Below are positions 50,801 to 58,890 of a stretch of 64,000 bases of DNA, piece after piece (positions within the stretch are counted from its first letter, which is position 1; every line of letters begins with the position of its first letter). Source of the stretch: an uncultured cyanobacterium. Lineage in GTDB: Bacteria > Cyanobacteriota > Cyanobacteriia > CAKZMO01. The stretch spans positions 160,001 to 224,000 of the forward strand of contig CAVRCJ010000003.1 in assembly GCA_963719515.1 (NCBI GenBank), in the 5' to 3' direction. Below the pieces are notes generated by a model. It was not told where the DNA came from. It did not search any database and was given only the letters and a program-made list of their open reading frames with translations. A program made the translations under genes and the position numbers.

Positions 50801-52820
50801 GCCAGTCACTGAAGGGCCAGTCACCGAAGAGCCAGTTATCGGAGAGCCAGTCACTGGAGAGCCAGTCACTGAAGGGCCAGTCACTGAAAAGCCGGTTACT
50901 GAAGGGCCAGTTATCGGAGAGCCTATCACCGAAGAGCCTATCACTGAAGAACCAGTCGTCGAAACCCCCGTCGCCGTTGTTCCCTACAACATCCTCACCG
51001 AGGATCTGGAAGTCTACCAGCCCGAAACAGACGGCATCGACTTTTACGAAAGCCTGGAGGGAATGCGCGTCACCGTAGTCGCCCCGCAGGTTGTGGGAGC
51101 CACAAACCGCTTCGGTGAAATCTATGCCTACGCTGGCGGCACCCAACCCACCGGCCTCAGCGATCGCGGCACCCTCAACATTAGCCCCACCGACTTCAAC
51201 CCTGAGCGCATCCAAATCGACCCCGACAGCACCCTTAGCCCCACCGCTGCCCCGCTGGTCAACGTCGGCGCAACCCTCAGCGATGTCACCGGGGTTGTGG
51301 GCTACAGCTTTGGGAACTACGAGGTGATTCCAACCGAGGCTTTTGCGGTGGCTGAGCCGCCAATAGCTGAGTCGCCAGTAACTGGGCCCCCGGCAGTCGA
51401 GCCCCCAGCCGTACCGGTAATCGAGGAACTGGCCAAAGAAGTGAGCGCTCTAGCCCCCACTGCGAACCAGCTCACCATCGCCAGCTACAACGTCCTCAAC
51501 CTCGACCCTGTGGTGGAGAATATTGCCAACGTCGAAGGCCAGGACATCGGCGAAGTTGACGATGACTTGGGCAGCGGACGCTTTGCGGCGATCGCCACCG
51601 ACATTGTGACCAACCTCAATGCCCCGGATATCATTGGCCTCCAGGAAATCCAGGACAGCGACGGCGCTGAAATCACCGCCGTCAGCGGCGCGGACTTCAC
51701 CTTCCAAACGCTGATTGATGCGATCGCCGCAGCGGGAGGACCGACCTATCAGTTCATCGACACCCCAGGAATTGTTCCCGCCTCCGCTGATGCTGAAGGC
51801 AACATCCTGCGGCCCACCGGGGGACAGCCCGGCGGCAACATCCGCACGGGTTTCCTTTATAACCCAGGGCGTGTCTCTTTGGTAGAAGATTCAGTGGTGC
51901 CGCTGACCGACCCCGCCGACCAAGCGGTCAACCCGGCCAACCCCTTCTTCGGCAGCCGCATTCCGCTGGCGGCGTCCTTCCAGTTCAACGGCCAGGACGT
52001 GACGGTGGTCAACAACCACTTCTCCTCCAAGAGCGGTAGCGCCCCGCTATTTGGTCAGCTGCAGCCCGCTGTGGCGCTGCAGGATGACCCAGAAGCAGGG
52101 GTAAACGGCGGCTTGAGCGATCGCATTGCCCAGGCTGAGGCGGTGCAGTCTTTCGTAGGCGGCCTGCTGGCCACCGACCCTAGCGCTAACGTTGTGGCCC
52201 TCGGCGACTTCAACGAGTTTGAGTTCCTGCCGCCGCTGGAGATTTTAGAGCAAGACCTAACGAACTTGACGAACACCTTGGCAGAAAATGAGCGCTATAG
52301 CGTTATCTTCCAGGGCAACTCCCAGTCCCTCGACCATATTCTGGTGAGCGACAGCCTCCTTGAGGGCGCAGAGTTCGACGCAGTCCACATCAATTCCGAG
52401 TTTGCGGCTACCGCTGAGCGGTCCAGCGACCACGACCCGCTGCTGGCCCGCTTGACGATCGCGCCGCCGGTTGGCTTGCCCCCTATAGCACCCCCAACGA
52501 CGCCTCCGGAGCGCGATAGCGCCCCCGACGACGCCTCCGGTAGCCCCACCCCCAGTGACTCCATCCCCAGCGACTCCATCCCCAATGGTTCCGCCCACAG
52601 CAGAACCCCCAGCGATCGCCCCACCTGTAGTCTCTCTCCCTGCCCTCCCGTCTATCATTGCCCCACCCTTGGGGATACTCGACGGCGTAGCCTCCCCCGA
52701 GGCGCAGCCCGACCCGCTAGCGCTAGGAATTTCGGCCATCGGCACGTCTTCAGCACCTCTGGGGTAGGGCCGTCCTTCAGGTCTATTTGGCTTTTATCCG
52801 GCTGCCGCAATTCGGTATAA
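47865..52820 (+). CDS. Large multidomain protein: choice-of-anchor-I phosphatase-like propeller + lamin-tail-like + OB-fold + ExeM/NucH EEP nuclease; native C-terminus may end at 52767
   Basis: ANAGEP, QDLEPE, LQENNA, ANEG, GARSFSI; VINEI; IYEIQG, GFFLQD; YESLEGM, SYNVLN, LQEI, GDFN, LDHIL, SDHDP; start re-called at ATG 47865. Confidence 0.8.
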   Translation: MTINLGVLGTYATGIFDGGAAQVSAYEPVSQRLFVVNGSTSAIDVISLSDPTTPSLLFSVDVASFGTQPNSISVSSTGVIAVALDGLDPQQAGTVVFLDNLGTVLGTAPVGATPKALAFTPDGSRLLVANAGEPNEGYTVDPGGSIGIIDLTAGLAAPPVAFAGFGAFDAQREALIAAGVRIFGPAASVAQDLEPESITLSEDSLTAYITLQENNAIAVLDLTTATITDILPLGTQDHSLLGNELDPSDLDGGINIATAPIQGLYQPGAIASYLVGGETFLVLANEGASRVSLGFNEAAIVADLALDPVAFPPAPVPPVVVPTVPPAVPPVATPPVALPPVTPPPVTPPPVATPPVALPPVTPPPVTPPPVAPPAGTVSAQQVAANLDNLTVSTVNADLDGDGDVDQLLTFGARSFSIRDAAGNVVYDSGADFEQITAAAFPQFFNSDSNSNTFDTRSDDSGPEPSAVAVGQVGDRTYAFTTLEGIGGVITYDITDPLDVSFVEYINNRDFSGVPELGTAGDLGPEGVTFIAAEDSPTGGALLAVPNAVSGTTTVYGLFTPVDESTEIVINEIRTDQPSTDTDQYFELLGTANTSLEGLTYLVIGDGLIDTDGDGIADTDGGSGVIEAVVDLSAGALNGEGLFVAAENTFTLGRADLITSLNFETGDNVTHLLVQNFTGGLSEDLDIDDDGILDATPWTRVFDSVALVQSLTIGEKVYSETIVGPEAGRFAPGHVFRLPVEEPEVPVGEVPVPGGEVPVPVVEVPAPGIEVPVPGGEMLASAVEVPAPAVEVPVPGGEVPAPAVEVPDGGLRLSAGEFQIGSFNPLLGTDTPGRPNDEMALLLPIYEIQGAGHTSAFEGQIVITTGIITGIAANGFFLQDAIGDGNIATSDGLFVFTGEGLLNLLVGDEVTVQGTVSEFIPDGIESGNLSTTQLISQRITRLSGGNPLPAAVLIGEGGRILPTEIIDNDPVIEEPVTEGPVTEGPVTEEPVIGEPVTGEPVTEGPVTEKPVTEGPVIGEPITEEPITEEPVVETPVAVVPYNILTEDLEVYQPETDGIDFYESLEGMRVTVVAPQVVGATNRFGEIYAYAGGTQPTGLSDRGTLNISPTDFNPERIQIDPDSTLSPTAAPLVNVGATLSDVTGVVGYSFGNYEVIPTEAFAVAEPPIAESPVTGPPAVEPPAVPVIEELAKEVSALAPTANQLTIASYNVLNLDPVVENIANVEGQDIGEVDDDLGSGRFAAIATDIVTNLNAPDIIGLQEIQDSDGAEITAVSGADFTFQTLIDAIAAAGGPTYQFIDTPGIVPASADAEGNILRPTGGQPGGNIRTGFLYNPGRVSLVEDSVVPLTDPADQAVNPANPFFGSRIPLAASFQFNGQDVTVVNNHFSSKSGSAPLFGQLQPAVALQDDPEAGVNGGLSDRIAQAEAVQSFVGGLLATDPSANVVALGDFNEFEFLPPLEILEQDLTNLTNTLAENERYSVIFQGNSQSLDHILVSDSLLEGAEFDAVHINSEFAATAERSSDHDPLLARLTIAPPVGLPPIAPPTTPPERDSAPDDASGSPTPSDSIPSDSIPNGSAHSRTPSDRPTCSLSPCPPVYHCPTLGDTRRRSLPRGAARPASARNFGHRHVFSTSGVGPSFRSIWLLSGCRNSV

Positions 52821-52896
52821 TCGCTGTGCCTGGCGAAAGGGCTTTGCAACCGGGCTGGCCCAATCGCCAAATAGTGATGTACTGCACCACACCGTC

Positions 52897-53487
52897 ATGA
52901 CCCACGCTACCGACATCAAAACTCTGGCCCGCTGGATGGCGGCTGACTTTAGCAATCAGGCCCAGGCCTTTGATAATCCGCCTTTGTTCGCCCATATCCG
53001 GGTTTGTATGCGACCTCTGCCGACTGAGGTTTTGTCGGGGGTTGGGTTTTACGTTGAGCAGGCTTATGACTACGCTTTGCATCGCCCCTACCGGGCGCGG
53101 GGGCTAAAGCTAGTTGAGGTAGAGGGGCACATCGAAATCGAGAACTACCTCATTACAGGGGGAGAGGCCCTTTTCGGCGCGTCCCGCGACCGGGATCAGC
53201 TGGCGCAGCTCAGCGGCGATCAGCTGGAAAAAATGACGGGCTGCAACATGGTTGTGGAGTGGACGGGCCACAGCTTCAAGGGACAGGTTCAACCCGGAAA
53301 AGCCTGCTTTGTGAACCGCAAAGGCCGCAACACCTATCTAGACAGCGAATTTGAGATTGACGACAAGCGGTTTGTCAGCTTAGATAGAGGGCGAGATCCA
53401 GAGACGCATGAGCACGTCTGGGGGTCTGTGGCGGGGGCGTTTGAGTTCGTCCGCTGGCATACGTTTGCTGATGAGGTTGTAGTTTAG
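52897..53487 (+). CDS. cpcT: Phycobiliprotein chromophore lyase CpcT/CpeT
   Basis: LARWMAADFSNQAQAFDNPP.FAHIRVCMRP, EQAYDY, DRGRDP, VWGS. Confidence 0.92.
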   Translation: MTHATDIKTLARWMAADFSNQAQAFDNPPLFAHIRVCMRPLPTEVLSGVGFYVEQAYDYALHRPYRARGLKLVEVEGHIEIENYLITGGEALFGASRDRDQLAQLSGDQLEKMTGCNMVVEWTGHSFKGQVQPGKACFVNRKGRNTYLDSEFEIDDKRFVSLDRGRDPETHEHVWGSVAGAFEFVRWHTFADEVVV

Positions 53488-53492
53488 CTGCC

Positions 53493-53822
53493 ATGCCCGA
53501 TCTATTTTGGCTACCGGCGCTTCCTTTACCCGTGATGATAGGGACTGCCCTCCTGTTGGCGTTTGCGTCCAACTGCACGAAGCAGGTTAAAGTCGCGCCT
53601 GCCACGAGGAAGCCCGCCCCCGCGCCATCGGCTGCTTCCCAGGCGGTGACCCAGGCGGTGACCCAGCCGACAGCGACCCCTGCCGCAGGTTCTGCCTGCG
53701 ATGCTACGCCCTCTGCGAAAATTCAGCTACCCCAATCTCCCCAGAAAAGCGATCGCCCCCTCGGCCAGATTCGCCTAACCCGCTCTATTTCGTTCGATAT
53801 TCGAGGCGATCGCCCGTCGTGA
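53493..53822 (+). CDS. Hypothetical protein
   Basis: ATG 5 nt after cpcT; N-terminal hydrophobic stretch then Pro/Ala-rich. Confidence 0.4.
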   Translation: MPDLFWLPALPLPVMIGTALLLAFASNCTKQVKVAPATRKPAPAPSAASQAVTQAVTQPTATPAAGSACDATPSAKIQLPQSPQKSDRPLGQIRLTRSISFDIRGDRPS

Positions 53823-53854
53823 CGGTGGGTTTAGGCGTGGCGTGGCTGCCGTCC

Positions 53855-55315
53855 CTACGCCGCCAACGCCTGCGCCAGCCGCTGGACTCCCTCCACTATC
53901 TGCGCCTCATCTAGCTCAGCGTAGCCAAAGATGAACTCCCCGCTGCTCGGCGTGGCTAGGTAGTAGTCTCGGGCACTAGTCAAGCCAACCCCTCGCCGCT
54001 GCGCCCTTTGAATCACGACTTCGTCGGGTAGCCCGGTCTCTAGCTTTACCATCAGATGAATACCCGCATTCTCGCCCAAAATAGTCACCCGCGAGCCTAA
54101 GCAGCGCTTTAGGGCACCCACCAGAGCTTGGCGGTGCCGGTCGTAGCGGTGGCGCATCCGGCGAATGTGGGCCTCAAAGTGTCCTTCAGTAATGAAGTCG
54201 GTGAGTGCATATTGCTCCAAAAGCGGCGAGTAGCGATCGCATAGCCCCTTGGCCCGTCTCACGAGGGGCACCCAAGCGGGGGGAACAACGAGATAGCCCA
54301 TGCGCAGCGACGGAAACAGCACCTTGGAGAAGGTGCCCACATAGAGGACCACGTTTGCCTGGTCGAGGCCCTGCAGCGCCGGCACCGGGCGACCGCTGTA
54401 GCGGTATTCGCTGTCGTAGTCGTCTTCGAGGATCAGTGTGCCCTGCTGCTGGGCCCACTGAAGCAGAGACAGTCGGCGAGATAGGGATAGGGTGACTCCC
54501 GTGGGGAACTGGTGGGACGGGGTGACGTAGAGCAGCTTAAATGTCTGCGGAGACTGCCTGAGGGCGTCTACTTCTATCCCCTGTGAATCGACGGGTATAC
54601 CCTGCAGGTTAGCGCCCTGCTGCTGAAAGCAGTGACGTGCTCCCCGGTAGCCCGGATCTTCCATCGCCACCCAGTCCCCCCGGTTGACGGTCAGCCGCGT
54701 AATCAGGTCTAGGGCTTGCTGAGACCCGCTCACGATAATCACCTGCTCTGCATAACACTGCACCGCCCGACAGCGGCCTAAATAGTCTGCGATCGCTGCC
54801 CTGAGGGGCATATATCCGGCTGCATCGGCGCTGTAGTTCAGCAGGGCGGCGGTTTTCTGGCAATGGCGGGACAGCAAGCGCCGCCACAGCGCCATGGGGA
54901 ATTGCTCAGCCGCAGGGCTTCCGTAGCGGAAGCTGATGTCATCCTCAGGTTCCCCTACCGCTAGCGGGCCGGCTGTCAGCAGGCCGGTACCAAAATGAGA
55001 CAGCCTAATCGGCCCAGCCTGTGGCGATCTTCCCCCGGCGAGCTGCTCAGGCTGCAGGTAGTCTTCCGGCAGCCGAGAGCTGACAAACGTTCCGGAGCCG
55101 CGCCGAGTCTCGAAGTACCCTTCGCTCAGCAGTAGCTCATAGCTTTGGGTGACCGTGGTCCGCGAGAGTTCTAGGGACTTTGCTAGGGTGCGGGACGGCG
55201 GTAGCTTTTGGCTGGGTTTTAGCCGCTTCTGCAATACCGCGCGGCGCAGCGCAGCGGCCAGCTGCTGATACAGCGGGGTGCTGGACGCACTGTCTAGGGA
55301 AATGGCGAGGTCCAT
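53855..55315 (-). CDS. MocR/PdxR-like GntR-HTH + PLP aminotransferase-fold regulator
   Basis: LPPSRTLA..L.LSRTTV, TPSHQFPTG, EDDYDSE, GTFSK.LFP.LR. Confidence 0.93.
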   Translation of the reverse strand: MDLAISLDSASSTPLYQQLAAALRRAVLQKRLKPSQKLPPSRTLAKSLELSRTTVTQSYELLLSEGYFETRRGSGTFVSSRLPEDYLQPEQLAGGRSPQAGPIRLSHFGTGLLTAGPLAVGEPEDDISFRYGSPAAEQFPMALWRRLLSRHCQKTAALLNYSADAAGYMPLRAAIADYLGRCRAVQCYAEQVIIVSGSQQALDLITRLTVNRGDWVAMEDPGYRGARHCFQQQGANLQGIPVDSQGIEVDALRQSPQTFKLLYVTPSHQFPTGVTLSLSRRLSLLQWAQQQGTLILEDDYDSEYRYSGRPVPALQGLDQANVVLYVGTFSKVLFPSLRMGYLVVPPAWVPLVRRAKGLCDRYSPLLEQYALTDFITEGHFEAHIRRMRHRYDRHRQALVGALKRCLGSRVTILGENAGIHLMVKLETGLPDEVVIQRAQRRGVGLTSARDYYLATPSSGEFIFGYAELDEAQIVEGVQRLAQALAA

Positions 55316-55324
55316 TAGGGCTTT

Positions 55325-55372
55325 AATTGGACTGATATAAAAAGCATAAATTGGCTATTGAGTAAGACCAAT
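55325..55372. promoter_or_regulatory. Probable MocR-family operator
   Basis: AATTGG (55325), AATTGG (55349) and inverted CCAAT (55368) between the divergent regulator and target gene. Confidence 0.55.
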
Positions 55373-55513
55373 CTAACCTTTACAGTAGCGCCAGTATGCA
55401 TTGTGTAGGGATATAGCGCTGCCATGGCTCTACCGCCTGACTTTGGGTTTATCCAATGCAGCGACATACCTCGATTCAGCGATACCACCCTCAAACCAAA
55501 AAGGATGGATTTT

Positions 55514-56176
55514 ATGTCTAGCGCAGACCTTCAGACCACCGACCGCAGCACCCTCAAAACCCGCTCCCGGCGCGGACATATCGACCGGGCGCTCATTAAC
55601 CAAATTCTAGACGAAGCTCTCGTAGTCCACGCGGGCTTTGTGGTTGACGCTCAGCCCTTCGTCATTCCCATGGCCTATGGGCGAGACGGCGATCGCCTCT
55701 ACCTCCATGGGTCAACGGCGAGCCGGATGCTGAAAACCCTGGAAGAAGGGGTTGAGATGTGTGTTACCGCAACGCTGCTCGACGGCATTGTGCTGGCGCG
55801 ATCGCTCTTTCATCACTCCATGAACTACCGCTCGGTGGTGCTGTTTGGTCGGGCCACCCTCGTCGACGCTGCAGATGAGAAAAATCGTGCCCTTGAGGTG
55901 CTGTCGGAGCATATCGTCCCTGGGCGTTGCGAGCAGGCCCGCAGCGCTACTCTTCAAGAAATTAAGGCGACGAGCGTGCTGACGTTTCCGATTGAAGAGG
56001 GGTCCGCCAAAATCCGTAGCGGTGAGCCGGTGGACGCTGCAGAAGATTACGCGCTGCCGGTTTGGGCGGGACAGCTGCCGCTCACGGTAACGGCGGGAGA
56101 GCCCATTCCCGATTCTAAGCTGCCTGCTGGCATTCCCGTCCCTGAGAACGTGACGCACTATCGCCGGGGGGTCTGA
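55514..56176 (+). CDS. Pyridoxamine 5'-phosphate oxidase-like (NimA-type) flavin-binding protein
   Basis: LYLHGS, DGIVLARSLFHHSMNYRSVV, SAKIRSG, WAG; start re-called at ATG 55514. Confidence 0.88.
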   Translation: MSSADLQTTDRSTLKTRSRRGHIDRALINQILDEALVVHAGFVVDAQPFVIPMAYGRDGDRLYLHGSTASRMLKTLEEGVEMCVTATLLDGIVLARSLFHHSMNYRSVVLFGRATLVDAADEKNRALEVLSEHIVPGRCEQARSATLQEIKATSVLTFPIEEGSAKIRSGEPVDAAEDYALPVWAGQLPLTVTAGEPIPDSKLPAGIPVPENVTHYRRGV

Positions 56177-56450
56177 GGGTTGAGCGATCTGGTAGGCGCT
56201 ACGCCCACTTCCTCAACACTCAACCGCTCGCCTCCTGCTGCACATGGGGTGAAGATTACCCATGAGGAAGGGGAGGTACTGTTTTACCTGATGCGGCTGC
56301 GCTCCCTGGACGTAGCCCAGTAATCACGCGCCCGTATTCCATGGCCTTTGGCGCAAGTCTGCCTTTGGGACAAAGGCCATGGGGATAGACCGTACCCACC
56401 CGGCTCACCCCCCGCTCTGCAAGCCTCCACCTCCCGGTTTCAGCCTTACG

Positions 56451-56964
56451 CTACAGCAGCTCTTCCCCATAAAGGGTCATGGCTTTGTGGAGCGGTACCT
56501 TCTCCGCTTGCGCAGACACCGAGATATAGATGCCAATCAGCACAACCGCAAACGCCATCCAGTTGAGTACGCTCAAGGTCTCGCCAAAAACCACCATTGC
56601 CACCATTGCCGCTACCACCGGAATCAGCAGCATCGACACCGACACCAAGCTCGCCGAAAAAGCCTTCAGGCAGTAAGTCAAGAGCCCCTCTCCCATCACC
56701 TGAGACAAAACGGCAAGGGCCACAACAGCCGCCCATCCCACCGCCGCGCGGAAGAATCGAGTCCTGCCGCGCCCGCAGAACGCCGAGCAGGACGCCGCTG
56801 CCGATGAAACTTGTCCACATCATGATCCAAATCGCGTCGAATCGCTTGCGGAGCTGCTGCACACAGAGAATATTTATCGCAAACAGCATCGCTGCAGTAA
56901 AGCGGCTCCATCGCCCATCAGACCCTCTGTCACCTGTAGGTCTTGGGAGCATTAGTGTTGGCAT
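56451..56964 (-). pseudogene. Decayed EamA/DMT transporter
   Basis: Pieces GLMGDGAALL / AAMLFAINIL..QQLR / GWAAVVALAVLSQVMGEGLL...FGETLS are separated by two frameshifts; N-terminal EamA repeat is absent. Confidence 0.75.
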
Positions 56965-57554
56965 TAGCGCATATTGCGCTTCAGGTTTTCAAGCTCTTCC
57001 TCCGTTTCCCAGTCTTTGAACGACTGCTCAAGGGGGTCGAAGCTGCTAGCCGTGTTGGCCTTTTCCCCGAAAGAATAGCCCGCAGGCTGCGACCATCCCG
57101 GCGTTTGCGAAGACTGGGCTTTTGACGCCGCCCGCGCCGCCTCCGCCTGCTGCAGCTTCTCTTTTAGTTCGCGGCGGCGCTCCTGGGTGCGCTGCGCAAG
57201 CTCCTTCGACTGGGCAATGCGCTGCTGCACCCCTTTCATTTGGCCCCAGAGCTGGTTTCCCTGGCGCAGCAGCGTAGCTTCCCTCGTCTCGGCAGCGCTG
57301 GCCAAGTCTGTTCGCCCTGCCGCCCTGGCCTTTTGCACCCGCTCGTGCCAGCGCTGCACCTCTTGCGCGGTAGCAAGAATCTCGTTTTGCAGCTGTTTCT
57401 CGCGCCCCTGGAAGCTGGCAATCAGGCGTAGGGTTTCTGCCTCCTGCTCCCGCAGCTGCTCGTCGAGCGCCTGTAGCTCAAGGTGTGGATTGTTGCGCAG
57501 AAATTCTTCCAGCCGCGTTTCTAAAAAACGGCTCAGGTCTTCAAATAGGCCCAT
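56964..57554 (-). CDS. TIGR04376 family (PspA-like coiled-coil) protein
   Basis: MGLFEDLSRFLETRLEEFLRNNPHLELQAL, GNQLWGQM, WETEEELE.LK. Confidence 0.85.
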   Translation of the reverse strand: MGLFEDLSRFLETRLEEFLRNNPHLELQALDEQLREQEAETLRLIASFQGREKQLQNEILATAQEVQRWHERVQKARAAGRTDLASAAETREATLLRQGNQLWGQMKGVQQRIAQSKELAQRTQERRRELKEKLQQAEAARAASKAQSSQTPGWSQPAGYSFGEKANTASSFDPLEQSFKDWETEEELENLKRNMR

Positions 57555-57631
57555 CAGGAGTGTTAAACCTCGTCTAGGTCGGAGCGTGAAGCGCCCTCCT
57601 CGGGGGCTCCAGGTTTGAAAACGGTTTCAGT

Positions 57632-58810
57632 CTAAATGCGTTGACCGATATAGATAGAGCGTACCTCACCATTGCGGCGGATGATCGCCTCATCTTGAGA
57701 CACCGACACCAGACTCCAGCCGCTGCTGCCGATCGCTTCCCCGGTGCGCACGCGGCGGGCACCGTCATCAAACTCGAAAATGGCGGCAGAGCGATCGCCC
57801 AGCTGGAGTAAGCCGACCAGCACGTGGGGCGAGGGCAAAATATTGGGGATGACGGTCTCTTCGGGAGCGGCTGCCGTGGGTGCGGGTGCGGGCTGCGTCT
57901 GGGGCGCGGGAGCTACAGGGGCAGGAGCCGCAGGGGCGGCGGGCGCAGGCGCGACGGGGACAGGGGGGGCAACGACGACAGGGGCAGGCGCAGTGGGCTG
58001 AGGGGCGAGCCGGATCGGCGCCGTCTGTACCGGAGCAGGTGAGAGGGGGCGCGGCGGGGCAGCCGCTATAGGGACGCTGGGAAGGGGCAGCAGCCCCGAG
58101 CTAGAGGCTCTCTCGAAGGGGTTGACGGACAAGATTGAGGAGGAGCCCGGTACCGGCAGCTTGCCGTCTTCAGCGTCGCTGGGGGTCTGCCGCTCGATGG
58201 TCTCCAGAGACTGATCGAGGTAGGTCATAAACTCCTCGTCTTCCGAGGAGGGGGCAGGCGCGGCATCGGGTTGGGCCCCGAAGAGGGGAGTGGTTTGCCG
58301 TCCGCTCAGCACAATGCCCAGCGCTAGCCCTAGCCCCAGGCACAGCCCAATGGCGATCGCCGGGAAAAGCCCCCACAGCATCACCAAAGAATTTAGGGGA
58401 GCCGGGCTGTCGGTAGCCGCCGAGCGGTGAGGCGGCGCTGGCATAAAAACGTTAGTCGTAAACGAAGGGCCCTCACCGGGGAAGCCGCCTCTTTGCGGTA
58501 GGGCTGCCCCATCGAGTAGAGAGTCGACATCTTCAAAAACTTCGTCGATGACCCGGAGGGCAGAGGCTTCCAGCGCCGTGCTGTCGACATGCTTAACAAT
58601 GCCGCTTTGGCGGGGCGGCGGGGGCGGCGGAACTGCCCGCGGGGCGGCAGCTCTCTCTGAGGCTGAGGGCTGGGACGCTGACGAGTGATTGCCCCGCGCT
58701 GTTGAGGATGACGCTGGGGGTGACGCTGGTGCGTCGGTATGTGCCTCACCTGCGGCATAGAGCGTTAGCGCAGAGGAGTCGTGAGATTGTCGGTTAGCAT
58801 CCTGGGGCAT
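57632..58810 (-). CDS. Pro-rich single-TM hypothetical protein with a PilP/GspC-like C-terminal beta domain
   Basis: LVGLLQLGDRSAAIF...GEAIGSSGWSLVSV...RRNGEVRSIYIGQ. Confidence 0.65.
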   Translation of the reverse strand: MPQDANRQSHDSSALTLYAAGEAHTDAPASPPASSSTARGNHSSASQPSASERAAAPRAVPPPPPPRQSGIVKHVDSTALEASALRVIDEVFEDVDSLLDGAALPQRGGFPGEGPSFTTNVFMPAPPHRSAATDSPAPLNSLVMLWGLFPAIAIGLCLGLGLALGIVLSGRQTTPLFGAQPDAAPAPSSEDEEFMTYLDQSLETIERQTPSDAEDGKLPVPGSSSILSVNPFERASSSGLLPLPSVPIAAAPPRPLSPAPVQTAPIRLAPQPTAPAPVVVAPPVPVAPAPAAPAAPAPVAPAPQTQPAPAPTAAAPEETVIPNILPSPHVLVGLLQLGDRSAAIFEFDDGARRVRTGEAIGSSGWSLVSVSQDEAIIRRNGEVRSIYIGQRI

Positions 58811-58890
58811 CGGTTCTTTGGTTACAGCTATGACGTCGCTAAGGTTAAAGGGTCACTCGCGTTTGCTATTCACCCATGGGTGACCCAACG

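Noticed and set aside
56177..56325. Possible remnant of a gene 3' end (..KITHEEGEVLFYLMRL..)
   Set aside because: Too short, no clear start, family not recognisable
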